A stretch of DNA of 59,941 nucleotides, the filler included, from Globobulimina sp. (Eukaryota): the NCBI GenBank assembly GCA_003354225.1. It is 13 parts of 13 records of this genome, joined end to end, with 100 filler letters (N's around TTAATTAATTAA, not from the genome) between each part and the next. Parts side by side here need not be neighbours in the genome. Positions count along the whole stretch, not along the records: positions 1 to 4,527 come from PIVH01001164.1; positions 4,628 to 9,153 come from PIVH01001165.1; positions 9,254 to 13,778 come from PIVH01001166.1; 10 more parts are not named here. The stretch is one strand, 5' to 3'. Each line of letters starts with the position of its first letter. The stretch's first letter is position 1. Position numbers and translations under genes: made by a program. Of the stretch, positions 1 through 12,679 are shown piece by piece. The notes under the pieces were generated by a model, which was not told the DNA's origin, made no database searches, and saw only the letters and a list, made by a program, of their open reading frames with translations.

Positions 1-195
1 GAAAGAGCGCAGGAAGCTGTTTATTTGCTATTGACAGAAGATACAGATGAAAGAAACAAAGCAAAATTACCAAAGTTTCATTCATGTTTTCATCAGTTAG
101 AAATTATGAAATGTGATGATGAAACGTATCAAGACTTTGTGGCGAAAATGGAGAGAGTGTTGCGTGAAACTGATGGATCTCTGGGCTTTCTATAA
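1..195 (+). CDS. C-terminal end of a HECT-type E3 ubiquitin ligase (5'-truncated)
   Basis: Frame +1 reads ...KAKLPKFHSCFHQLEIMKCDDETYQDFVAKMERVLRETDGSLGFL*, matching the HECT C-lobe LPxxHTCFxxL motif with catalytic Cys and a terminal GF. Not in the ORF track. Confidence 0.7.
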   Translation, partial: ERAQEAVYLLLTEDTDERNKAKLPKFHSCFHQLEIMKCDDETYQDFVAKMERVLRETDGSLGFL

Positions 196-482
196 TTCGG
201 TCGCTAAAAAAATATTGCAATGTTTCCTTCAATTTAATTGATGATTGAATTAACGTTTAATAAAAACTGTCCTTTGTGAAATATTTCATCTTGAGTAAGA
301 TTGTCGCGATTTGTGCTTTCAAATATTTTGTAAATCACAAAGCTATCATTTCCTATGTTATATTCGTCGGTGGTGATGGGAGCTATTTTTAGAGGCAAAA
401 TTAGATCTAAACTATAAAGGGGAAATTAAATATATATATATACAGAGATTTAATTCTTTATTAAAAATGAATCATATTTAAA

Positions 483-3400
483 TTAAGACGGAATAGATAT
501 TTCTGATCCACGGCCAGTATTTTCTTGTTGATCCTCACCATCTTTTTTAATTTCATTTGGTTTTGTTTGATTTGTATCTTTATTTGCAATGCCAACAGGA
601 CCAATAAGTGATAAAATAACAGGTAAATATAATACAGCATAGCAAGCACCAAACATCATTGTTAATGATAAACACTTCCAAAATGATGTAAATATCACAC
701 TCTTTGAATTTGCCAAAGGAATCAGCGCCACGATTGTCGACATATCACCCGCCAATATTGGCATACCGACGCTATTCAACGCAAATATGACACGCATATT
801 ACGTTCCTGTTGCTTTGTTAATGATTTTGGGATATTTCTAATCGGCGCATTCATAAAAGCATGACAAATATGGGCAGCATTGTCAACGCTAAATCCAACA
901 CTAATTATAACACTGACCATCGCCACAGTGTTAATGGGCAAACCCCACAACGACATATAACCTAAAACGCCAAATAATATTTGGCCAACCGTTGTCATCA
1001 CAAAAATAGTCATCTGAGGATATGGAATCAATATAAGTGTAACAAAACATGCTGCAATCATCGCATAAGCTAAATTGCGAATTGTTTGTTGTATTGTTAC
1101 TAAGTCAGCCTCTGCCGCCGCTGCGTAATAACAATAATAATATGCGCCTAAATCTTTATAATTGGAAACTATTTTACTTTTGAAGTTATCCAAACAATCG
1201 GCCAGACCATCGGTACTCATCCCGGTTGGCACTAAACGCATAACAATCCGACTCGCATTTATATATTGATACGAATATGAACCAATTACATCCCTAGAAA
1301 ACGTCGATGATGATATTGCATGATTTGCATCGCCATCAATAACTATCGTATTCCATATATCATCAATGAATGCAAAGCCTTGTTCAGCCACTAAATATTC
1401 TGAATATAATACATTATAAAATAATGATGAATTTGTATTATTTCCATAATTATTTGATAAATACTGTCGATATGAATGAATCCACGACGATGTCAGATAT
1501 GGAGCTGACTCGAAACATTCATCCTTTTGGAGATCAAGCACCAACGCATTGATTCGGTTAAACACCGCATCGTCGCTGTAATCCAATGGTTTATCCAATA
1601 TAATATTTAATGGAGGTCCAATTTGATCAAAATAAGCTTCGTAACTTTGGAAATATTTAGTCAAATACGAGTCAGCTGGCAGTAAATCAGCACCATCCAC
1701 CGAAGCATATAAAGTCGTAACACCAACAGTGGCACCAACTAAATAACCAACAAATAATAATAAAATTAATATTTTTACCTTCACCGAACCTAATATTAAG
1801 TGTGCGAATTTCTTCATGATTATCGATGCGGACTCATTATTGATCATATATGATAATAGAACATTGATATCATTCACATCATTATCAACAGTCTCGACTT
1901 GAAGCTCTTTCTCATTCTTATCAATGTCGAATGAATTTGTGACTTGTTCGTTTTCTGTTTTCTTTTTGCCGCAAACACAACAAATACAGCAAGTGTCTGG
2001 TCTCGAATCATAGACCATCATTGCAAGAAAAAAAGTGACTTGAAATACAAAATCCTGTTATTTTTAATTTTATAAATATAAAAAAATATATAATATGTGA
2101 TAATGAATGTGGATAATCTATTTATAACATACCAAGAATACACCCACGCCGCAGTATAAACAAAATGCAGAAACACCACCAAACGAAGACGTAGCACCAA
2201 TGCAAAACGCAATTAAATCTGTAAAGGATGTGAAGAATATGGAGATTCCGCCTCGTTCCATTGTTAAAGCAATCCTCTCTGTAATTGAATCTTTTGGATT
2301 TGTCAATTCGTACGCTCGGATTAACACAAACATATCATCCACTATTTATAGGTAAAAAAAACAAGTTCACACAACAGTACATTTGCAGTGTATACAATTT
2401 ACAAACCTCCTAAACCCATCAACAAAAAAGGACTGAACGCAACGATGGCATTCCATTTCACGCCAAAAAAGCCACCAACCACACCAAATGAACTAAAGAT
2501 GGCGCATAATGTGGATATTATGCCCATTATACTTAACTGTGATCTATTTCTCAGCGGATCCATTTTATAGCCTTTTCCTGACATATTCCTCTTGAATCTC
2601 ATCAATATGAATGAAGCAAACACAGCAATCAATATAAAAGATATTGCAAATAATGGTGCATCTCGGGATAAATTACGAGCTAATTCCAAATCGAATGAGC
2701 CCTCTGCAGCGAAAGTTATATCAAATAATGGATTGTAATTATTTTCTTGCTGTAGGAGAGAGATATATTTACCTTCCCAATCTGCCAATAATTCGTCATT
2801 AAACAATATATTATCCAATACATAATGCGCTCTGAAAGCTGGAGTTGCAGTGATATGTTTATTGAGGTCATAGGATATGCCTTGTCCTAAAATTTCAACC
2901 ATCAGCACATAATCGTCACTGTAATCAGAAAAATGTGATGGGAATATTATAGGACTTTCAGTTGTGTTAAATGTCTCGTTTATAAGTGTTTGGTTAAAAT
3001 CATAAAATTGCAGAACTGAGATAATCACACAATTTCCATTTGTGTGTCGATAGCATAAATCACCAAATCTGTACGTATCTCCTTTATGTTTTACTTGTAT
3101 GCCGGTAATCAAGTTATGGATTCTTAAGAATTCACTCAAATATTCAACTGTGAATATGTTTTCTTGTGATGCTAAATCTTTATTGTTGTTTGCAGTGACT
3201 TGGACGCTTTGGCCACTAATTTTATTGTGTACGGCCCAGGTTTTGTCGAAACGTTGATAGTAATCATATGTCAATGTATTCTTTGGCACATATAATTCCA
3301 ACGTATCACTTTCAGTCTGGATAAATAACATTCCACTGACCATAATTGCAGTTGCTATTAATGACGCTATAATTACTGCCAACGGATGTGCTGCCGCGAA

Positions 3401-3487
3401 ATATCCCCATTTTCTAAATGTAATTATTAAATAATGCTCAATCACTGACATTTGGCGGTGCCAACAACGAGTGCAAGTGTCTCCCAT
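483..3487 (-). CDS. Patched/NPC1-family (PTCHD-like) sterol-sensing-domain RND membrane protein, 3 exons
   Basis: GT-AG introns at 2342-2406 and 2055-2132 join three ORFs and restore the SSD motifs MGLGVDDMF and GISIFFTSFTDLIAF; the second half has SVGFSVDNAAH and many TM segments. Confidence 0.9.
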
Positions 3488-3534
3488 TGTTTTGTGTTGA
3501 TTTTCTTGTTAATTTCTTTTCAGCAAAACTAAGT

Positions 3535-3597
3535 TTTATTTTAAAGAGATTCTATTTTAAACTTCTATTTTTAAAGAGATTCTATTTTAAAGAGATT
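3535..3597. repeat. Short degenerate tandem repeat (TTTTAAAGAGATTCTA-like) upstream of the Patched-like gene
   Basis: The ttttaaagagatt unit occurs three times, about 50-110 bp before the ATG. Confidence 0.6.
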
Positions 3598-3667
3598 GCT
3601 AATTATGCAAATTAGGCAGCTGTAGAGTTGTAATATAGTATGTGCACAACCAGTTCAATAGAACGTT

Positions 3668-4527
3668 TTACAACATTTGTTTACAGTTTCTTATATAATC
3701 AAACATTTTCTGCAAATCCGCAATAATTAATTCCGGTGGCTCCAATCCCACATTCAACCTCACCAATCCTTCCGATACTGGCATGCTTGGCGCGTCCTCA
3801 TCATATAAGCATTGATTATGTGTGGTACTCGCAACGTGTTCCACCAAAGACTCAGTTCCACCCAACGACACTGCTCTTATTATCAGATCCAACTCATCCA
3901 ACGACTTACAACAATCATTCCTGTCAATATCACTAATCTCAAACGAAAAAGTACCACCAAATCCTGCTTGCAAATCCCAAAACAATTTTGAGTCATTTTC
4001 ATACGTTTTACGCAAATTCATTTCAGCGATTTCATAGTTTGCAAATGATTCCAGTCCGCAATAATATACTTTGCAAATTATATCACTTTGTTCCTTTTCA
4101 ATCCATTTTGCAATTTGCATGGCCGACTTATTGATCCTATCAGCTCTCATTGGCAGCGTCTTCAATCCCCGATATATTAAGAAACAATCAAACGGAGATA
4201 AAATCGGACCATATACTTTCCGGAAATCGCGCAGTTTTGCATATTTTGCATATTGTCTACAAATCGCACTTCCCGCTGTAACATCGCTGTGACCATTTAA
4301 TATTTTCGTGAGTCGTGACAGCATGAATGACAATGTCGAGCTTATGGTCTTTAATCGGTAATTGGTTGAATGGCGAAGCAAATGTTGAATCAATCACAGT
4401 TAAAATCTCAGTGCCGTTTTTAATGCAATATCTCTCCGATAACTTGCCAAATTCTGTCAAATTAATGATGCAATTCATTGGATTGGAGGGTATTTCTGCA
4501 AACATTAATTTTGTATTTGATTTTATT
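3668..4527 (-). pseudogene. Cys/Met metabolism PLP-dependent lyase (cystathionine gamma-lyase/synthase family), 5'-truncated and frameshifted
   Basis: Motifs AEIPSNP, VIDSTFASPFNQ, TKILNGHSDVTAG, RGLKTLPMR, AVSLGGTESL and GLVRLNVGLE. The frame changes at a 7-nt insertion (4306-4318) beside the PLP lysine codon. Confidence 0.85.
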
Positions 4528-4627
4528 NNNNNNNNNNNNNNNNNNNNNNNNNNNNNNNNNNNNNNNNNNNNTTAATTAATTAANNNNNNNNNNNNNNNNN
4601 NNNNNNNNNNNNNNNNNNNNNNNNNNN
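4528..4627. other. Artificial contig spacer N44-TTAATTAATTAA-N44 (also at 9154, 13779, 18402, 23023, 27643, 32263, 36880, 41496, 46112, 50723 and 55333; 100 bp each)
   Basis: Twelve identical spacers carrying a six-frame stop linker; contig lengths decrease or tie monotonically. Confidence 0.98.
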
Positions 4628-4842
4628 GGAGACCTGCCTTTTTCTAAAAACGTTTTTGATTGTGTTATAGTGCAAGGATAAGTACGTGATAGGTTTCCGT
4701 GTAATATTTCAAAAATCTCAAAGCAACTGAACCACCATTGACTTCATGATGGGTGTTTCTCCGGTTTTATTATTTTAATTAACTACTATTAGGTTGAAAG
4801 AATGATGTACAGCAACAATAAATTATAAGAATTATCATTTTA

Positions 4843-5471
4843 TTATTCACATTCATCCCACTCTTTAGCATGATGTACAAGACACAAGTTATTGTTATTG
4901 TTATTATTATCTATATTTGGTTTTATATATTTATTTTTTTCAAATATTTGAATCATAAATGCTTCTTTTGGATAATCCCATTTACATTTTAATCCGAATT
5001 TATATGCTGATGCAAATCCAAATCTATTGTAATATTTATGATCACCTAATACTGTCAGATAAACACATGAGGACTTATTTTTATATCGATTTATTAATTG
5101 ATTAATCATTTTTGAACCAACCCCATTCATTTGATATTGAGGGTGTACTGCGAGCGGCGCTAAACATAATCCATTACATTGTTTATTATTAAATACATAA
5201 AAGACTTTTGTTGTTGAAAGAAATCCAACTATTTTTTTTCATGAATTGCAATCATAGAATCAATCAAAGCATTGTGTTTAATAAGTTTTAATACAACGTT
5301 TGCTTCACTGTCTGTTGGAAATGCTAATGATAACAAATTCCAAATTCCATCAATTTCTTCTCTTGTATTCCGTGATTCAGTTATTTGAATTTGTGCTAAT
5401 ATTTGAGGTGAATAATTAACGACATATTTTATGCTTCTATCAATTTTTTGCAACAAGCTCACGTGAGACAT
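4843..5471 (-). CDS. GNAT N-acetyltransferase, YhbS-like, with a frame break in an A8 run
   Basis: Joined frames read LAFPTDSEANVV...IAIHEKK/IVGFLST...LAPLAVHPQYQMNGVGSKMI...VLGDHKYYNRFGF...EAFM. The break is at the T8 run 5232-5239 (+ strand). Confidence 0.8.
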
Positions 5472-5701
5472 GCTGTTCAAAGTAGAAGGGGAAATCAAAA
5501 AACGTTAATTTCTCTCAGCGGCACACGCGATGGACAATTGCGGTGATCTCGTCTTGCATGAATTGTTAAATGGTGATTAAGCACGAATCAGCAACATGCA
5601 TGTATATAGAAACATATCTACAAACAAAACAGACACAAATATATATTAATATCTATTTATTAAAAAAATGATTATCTAATTTTTCAAATTCAGCCGTTGT
5701 T

Positions 5702-7236
5702 TTAAAACGAATGAATGAATCTTGCATTAAATAATTTTGCGATATCATTATAATTATCATCATTTAACCATTTATTATAACTATTCATTATACCAATTAA
5801 TTTTAAACGCTTTTTATAACTAATATTTATTTCATATTCACAAACACCATTATTACTATAAATATATCTTTTAAATATATTGAACGCCTTAATCTTATAT
5901 TTATAACACATTTCGTCTTTATTGCTTGGTGTAACACAAGGAATTAAATAATATAATTATATATATATATATATTTCTGTTGCCATATTGCATAAATTCC
6001 ATTATTTAATTCCTTGTACTACCTCAACACAATTATTCCTTTTTCTTTTTTAAAAATAATACTCGAATTTGGTACACATTCTGGCAAATCAAATAATAAT
6101 ATTTTAGCTCCATTTTCGTCACCATCATCATCATTATATTTAATTGCATTTTCTTTAGTTGATTGACTCGAATATATTGATTTTTTATATTGTACCATTT
6201 CCACAAAACTCAATAAACATTCATGACTAAATTCTCCCATTAAATGTGTCATAAACAATTCAAAGCCATCATCATTTGCTAATAATTGGTACAATTGTAA
6301 GTCTTTTCCTTTTTGTGATGTTCTTCGAACTGTAGCTGGTGTATTTTGTGATAATTGCGATAACTGCGCAGCGGAGGAAGAGAGAGACAAAGCAATATTA
6401 TCCATATCATTATAATAACGTGGTTTATACGCAGAAACGCACTTTTTTAATATCCATAATGTACATAAATAGCACCATAATGAGGTCGCAATGATTGCAG
6501 TCCAACTTTGTAAAAGAATTAGTAAAATAATATCCATTTTTAGGAGTACATTCAATCCGCGAACAATAAATATTAGACACCATTCAATGCACCAAATATA
6601 AATTATTATTTTTAATTCATATTTGATAAGAAAATTATCAGTAAACGCTGGCGTTAACTTATAAATAATAATAATTTTGGAACAAAGTAAAGTATCACAT
6701 AACAATTGAAAAATGGTAAAATTTGTAGAATTGAAGAAATAATAACAATTGGAATATATACAAATAATAAACGTTTTAAGACCCATTTAAAATTACCATA
6801 TGTTTGAACATTATTTAAAAACCAATTTTGTTGATTGTCCGTGGAATTAATAATCGTTTTCCATTGTGAATTTTGTGCATGATGCGAAAATTGAATATCA
6901 TAATAAATCATCCAATATCTCCATACAAGACAGCATTGGATACCATGTAAACAAAATGGATAGGAAATGAAATGAATAATATGCATTTTTAATAATGCTT
7001 TATCACCAAATGTCTGACTTACCCACAAAAGTGATAATGGGCGATCAATTAACCATAAATAAACACAAAAGAGTGTAAATATGATTACTATTTGATACCG
7101 TCGCTGCCGAATACTCATCACATTCCGCACTCGATAATACAGTACGAGATAGTATATTGCTATTGGGCTCACAATTAGCCACCATATGCATATACTACCC
7201 CAGATGACCGCATCCAACAACATGACTTTGGACATT
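5702..7236 (-). CDS. Multi-TM (7TM-like) receptor fused to an RGS domain, frame-disrupted
   Basis: N-terminal TM helices with an RYWMIYYD segment, followed by RGS motifs LLANDDGFELFMTHLMGEFSHECLLSFVEMVQYK and AFNIFKRYI...EINISYKKR. Split over three ORFs. Confidence 0.75.
5936..6017. repeat. 82-bp segment bounded by a perfect 17-bp inverted repeat, with an internal (TA)n tract
   Basis: ACAAGGAATTAAATAAT at 5936-5952 and ATTATTTAATTCCTTGT at 6001-6017; AC flanks both sides. Confidence 0.8.
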
Positions 7237-7610
7237 ATGCTTTCGACAACAACTAGGTGACAGCCATGGATCCTCACTAAAATATGTTATACAGATACAT
7301 AAACACCAACATGGTATTAGTATTTTAACTATTTTTAGGAAGCTTTCTCTTTATTTTTTAGCGACTATTTAGCTATTTAGTCTAATTTGGATTGGAAAGT
7401 AGGACTTTAACAACACTGGTGTTGGATGCGCGCTGTTTTCAGGCACTCAAATACACACAAAGGGTTGAAATATAATTTAATTAGTATATATAACACAATT
7501 ATTTCTCAATTTTAATCTTATATTACATGCACATGTACAGTATATTTATAATTAAGTAGTAGAGCCATCATCAGTAACAACAGCATTGTCACCTTCTGTT
7601 TTATTTACTG

Positions 7611-9004
7611 TCAGATGCATTTGCATTGTGTAGTCAGTGTAGTCGGTGTAGTCTGTGTAGTGCCATATAACTCATTGCCACCTGTTTCTGATTCATCTTT
7701 GATGGTTGATTTATAATTATGTGAATACAAATCCTCACCAGAGTCATCACTAATTTCTGGTTCATTTTCACTATGTACTGCTTCCAATTCTATTCCACAC
7801 TCATTCCCACCTTTTATATTTTCAATATTCGCATCTTCCATTGTTTCACCACCAATTATAAAATTTGCTATATTTTTCACCACCAAACGTTTCCGTTTGT
7901 TGTTAAAATAGAATACTGCACAAACAATATTAATGCATGCAATCACTGATAAAACCGATATAAATATCCATATGAACTCTTTAGTGCTGTTCCCTTTCCC
8001 TTTGCCATATTCTATAATAAAAATTCAAATTAATTTAACAATATTTTGCATTCAACAATGGACACAAATAGGAAACAAAACCATTTTGTGACTGGAATGC
8101 TGTTATATTTGTTGACAGCACATTGCCCGATGCAATATTTGTCGGTGCTGTGGAAGGAATCTGTGTTGGATATGATGTTGAGTCTGCTGTTGGGTCTGCT
8201 GTTGGTGCAGTGGAAGGGTTTTGTGTTGGATTGGTAGTGCTTGGATTTAGTGTGGGAATCTGTGTTGGATCGGATGTTGGCTCATTTGTGGGATTTGCTA
8301 ATTATATCATTATACACACAGACACAGACACAGTTTATGCAGATAGAGTCACAAGAAAGAGAAAGAGTATACGGTATACCTTACCAATTGATGATAAATA
8401 TAGGAAATACACAATGATATATAAATGTATACAAACCGATAGTGGGTGTTGCAGTCGTTGGTGCGTCAGTAACTGCATTGTAATGTATTCTGCCATTCCA
8501 GACTCGCTGTGAATAATAAATAAGATATTCTAAACCAATTCCTTCTTTAAAATCCAAATCCGCGTTTGAAGCAAAAATACTTCCAACAGAAACGCCATTT
8601 GTGTACTTGAGACCGCCCGTAGTCAGCGTGACGTAGAAACCTCTACAGTCGCCGTTGTTGATCAGTGCTGGTATGGTGTTGATATTAAATGCATTTAACA
8701 CTGTTAATGTGCCCACTGTTTGACATGTGCCATTTTGTTGGTGAATTAATGTCCAGAATGAATCGCTGAAGATCGGGGCATATGATTCATTGATTGCAGT
8801 TGCTATATATATTTCCATCGTAAATGCCCCATTACAATTTATATCAAGGGATGTTATTTGCAAATTTGTTTTTGCGCATAAGTCAAACATATTTCCGTCG
8901 TTGGTATCTATGCCTTCTATGCCTTCTAAAGTTGTATTTAATGTCGCTGCAGATGTCCTGGTGAATAACAATGAGAATAAGGTAAACGATATTATTTGCA
9001 TCAT
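7611..9004 (-). CDS. Single-pass surface protein: signal peptide, GNMFD...WNGRIHY ectodomain, PT-repeat stalk, TM, acidic tail; 3 exons
   Basis: Hydrophobic N-terminus; intron 8298-8436 and a second at about 8012-8081; stalk ANPTNEPTSDPTQIPT...; TM FIWIFISVLSVIACINIVCAVFYF. Confidence 0.75.
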
Positions 9005-9253
9005 GTTGGTTTGTTTCGATAAAGTATATATGGTTTGGTGGTGATATTCGATGACAAATGAAATGTTTGTAGGGAAAAAATAAGAAATAACAATGTGTAG
9101 TATTACTAGTACTATTTTCGAAACGGTACCAATTTTAAAGTGCCATTATTTTANNNNNNNNNNNNNNNNNNNNNNNNNNNNNNNNNNNNNNNNNNNNTTA
9201 ATTAATTAANNNNNNNNNNNNNNNNNNNNNNNNNNNNNNNNNNNNNNNNNNNN

Positions 9254-9354
9254 GCCATAACTCGGTGGTTGCTATAAGGGGACAACCCCTTGTGATTTTT
9301 AAAAGTGACGATTTCAATAGGACAAAATTTGAATTGCTTTTTTTAATCCCACCA
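9254..9354 (+). repeat. 101-bp terminal direct repeat, left copy
   Basis: Identical to 13678-13778; contains the hairpin AAGGGG-ACAA-CCCCTT at 9276-9291. Confidence 0.95.
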
Positions 9355-9413
9355 CACATTTGGCTTACGTTCTCCATAGCAATAACTTGGTTCACACTTC
9401 CGTTATTCTCTCC

Positions 9414-10055
9414 TTAAGACACTTTCGCGTAACATGACCAACACTTCACACATGTAAGACGACTACGCAGTGCTCGAGTCTTAGTATTAACAGCGATGGC
9501 ATTATCAGATTCGGAATCATTTCCATTGCCATCAAATGATATCACTGTGTTTGTATTTGTTGGTTTACAAAACGAGATCGGAGTCGTCGATATCTCATTT
9601 TCAAATATTTCGTGTTTGATTTGTAATGAATCTGTGCATGTATGCATGAACGGAGTTTATTAAAATGTATATTTTTGTAAACTGAAATATTTATTGTAAC
9701 TTTGGGTATTTCGCTCTTGCTTTGGTGGCGGCGATATTTCAATGACATCATTGTCGTCATCGGATTCAACTTTGATAGGGATTTGTGTCTGTATTTGTGA
9801 TTGGTATGCCACATTTCGTATATTCGATTCTGTTTCCATTTGTATGATCGTTCCAATGATTATCATTACGTCAGATTGTTTTATTTTCTGTCCTTGAGTG
9901 GTCGTTAGTTCTTCGAGGACTTCAGGACAGTCGCTGTAATTGAGCAATTTTTTGTGCGTTGCAATGTTAAGCGTTTTGAGGACATCGAAATAGCTCAGAA
10001 ACTCACATCTATTCAATGCTTGCATTAATATGGTGTGTTTGGATGTGAGTGACAT
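9414..10055 (-). CDS. Hypothetical protein, probably spliced or degraded
   Basis: Protein-like ORF 9660-10055 (IKVESDDDNDVIEISPPPK) followed by ORF 9414-9647; the joining is uncertain and no family was recognised. Confidence 0.35.
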
Positions 10056-10322
10056 GTCAACTGAGACAGTGAGTTTTAATCAAAAACAATAGAAAACGAA
10101 TGTTTCCGATCCGATCAGATCCAACCACACATTCTCCGAAATTTTCCTCCTTTTCAACAAAGGTTTGATTCCTCTATTTCCATTAATGCAGAAGCTTCGG
10201 AATTTTGGCGGGAAAAAAACCAAAATCACTGCAGCTGGGCACTCCTGCAGCTTCGGAATTATGATAAACGCGCTGAAATTAGAATTTTTTTGTCAAAAAA
10301 AGAAAAAAAACAAAGCTAAATA

Positions 10323-11665
10323 ATGAGAAGTCCTCAGTCTTTACAAATGTCAGATCCAAAACACAGAGAACGCAGACAACAATCACAGAATGTATTTATG
10401 AAATCATTTGTTCGTGATGATCATTTGGTAGACCGTTCATTTTGGTCACGTATCAACAAAATAAATTGCATGATTGTATTTGGTGTACCATTATTCGCAT
10501 TGTATGGTTTATGTACCACTCAAACAATTGTATGGCAAACATGGCTATGGTCAATTGTCTATTATTTTTGGACTGGATTGGGTATCACAGGAGGGTATCA
10601 TCGGTTGTGGTCACATAAATCATATTCTGCAACAAGTGCATTGCAATTATTTTTATTGATTGGTGGGACAGGTGCATTGCAAGGGAGTGTTAAATGGTGG
10701 AGCTTATTACATCGTGCACATCACAGATGGACAGATACAGATACAGATAATGATCCTTATAATATTCAAAGAGGTTTGTCCTACTGCCCTTTATTTTGTG
10801 TCTTAATAATAATAATATGAATATAATAATAGGTTTCTGGTATGCACATGTTGGATGGTTGTTATTTGATAGCATTAAAGTAAACGGACATGTCAATATT
10901 AAAGATTTAAAATCAAATTCATTTGTTAGATGGCAACATCAAAATTATGGATGGTTTGGTCCATTTATGGCATTTATATTTCCTGCGATTATCGCATATT
11001 ATTTTTGGGGTGATTTTAGAGGTGGACTTTACATTGCTGGCGGTTTAAGATTATTTTTTGTGCATCATGCAACATGGTTTGTAAACTCATTAGCCCATTA
11101 CATGGGTAGGCAAACATTTGATGACACGATTTCACCTCGTGATTCTATAATAACAGCTTTGTTAACATTAGGTGAAGGATATCATAATTTTCATCATGAA
11201 TTTCCACATGATTATCGTAATGGTGTTAAATGGTATGATTATGATCCCACAAAATGGTTCATATACAGTATGAAATTAATGGGTTTAGCATATAATTTAA
11301 ATGAATTTCCACAAAATGAAATTATTAAAGGTGAAATTGATATGATTGAAAAACAAATCAATGAAACAAAACAAAAGATTAATTATGGGATTCCAATAAA
11401 TACATTACCAATTTGGACAAAGGAAACATTAAAATTGGAAATGAAGGATGCGAAAAAAGCAAAAAAAATATATATTATATTTTCTGATATCGTTTATGAT
11501 TGTACAGAATTTGTTAAGAATGGTAAACATCCAGGTGGGAAATTAATTATTATACAAAGACATGGAAAAGATATCACTCATGATTTTAATGGACATGTTT
11601 ATAATCATACGAATGCAGCAAGAAATTTAATGTCACATATGAGAATTGCCAGGGTTTGTAATTAA
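10323..11665 (+). CDS. OLE1: Acyl-CoA delta-9 desaturase with C-terminal cytochrome b5 (OLE1-type), 2 exons
   Basis: His boxes HRLWSH, HRAHH and HNFHH; FVNSLAH; DYRNG...YDPTKW; b5 motif HPGG and HVYNHTNAARNL. Intron 10774-10832 restores RGFWYAH. Confidence 0.95.
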
Positions 11666-12097
11666 TTAAAGCAATTTAGTGAAGCTGTTGTATTTAATTT
11701 TATATCAGTGCGTTTTCAAATAATTTGTGCGAAACGAATGCTTTCATTACTTTGGCGACGCTCAAAATGTCATTCATTCCATTCTCGCTCAGTTCAGTGT
11801 ACATCTGCAAAACATTTGTCATTTGTGAGTCATTCATTCCATAGAAATCGATTAATAAATGCAATAAATGACAGTAATCATTAATTGCTGAATTTATCAA
11901 AGTTCAAACCAATATTAATCATTTGCGAATGGATTGCTTTGCCTTTTGCGAAATTCTGTGTTTGAAATAATATTCATATTTTTTAAGCCAAAATAGCCAA
12001 ATCAAATAATTTATTATTTATCAAAAGCATTAATTGCGTTAAAGGTACGTATGTGTCATACATTTATATTTAATACATTTATATTTTTGTTTTTAGA

Positions 12098-12679
12098 TGA
12101 AATAAGCGACGAAAACATGATTGAGTTTTGGGAATTATCCATGTTTGATTTCCCATTTTGGACCTATGCAATGAAACAAATCATTGGAATCGCATTCGTA
12201 GTGGACATTAGCAGTTTTAACGAATTCTATTACGATCCGAATAATTATACCAAAACACAGAATAAAATGTGCGAAACCATTGCGACATTCACGCAAATGT
12301 TGAATAATAAATATTTCACAAATCACAATCTTTGTATCAATGTTTGTTTTAATAAAATTGACATTTTTAGACAGAAAGTCAGTAAAGGAATTTCTATCAA
12401 AACATGTCCTCAGTTTAGGGATTATAAGGTATGCAATATATGGAATGTATGCAAATGTTTCTGGATTTGTGCATCAAAATATAATGTTTTTGTGTGTTTC
12501 AAAAGGGCGACGAATACAACGTTAAAGAATGTATGGATTTTATTAAATCTAAATTCGATGATTTGAATGTTGGAAGTGATAGAATGTTATATTTTAATGA
12601 AACCTGTGCGGTGTACAAGGCAGACATGCTAAACGCATTCCGAAATGCATTAATCATGCATAAATTTTTGCTTGGTTGA
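12098..12679 (+). CDS. Degenerate or truncated heterotrimeric G-protein alpha-like protein (C-terminal half)
   Basis: AFVVDISSF, NKMCETIATF, FNKIDIF (G4) and ETCAV (G5); intron 12429-12505. No P-loop or DVGGQ is visible. Confidence 0.7.

Noticed and set aside
8123-8512. Val/Gly-rich ORF on the + strand (and the similar 47884-48279 on the - strand)
   Set aside because: Antisense shadows of PT-repeat coding sequence.
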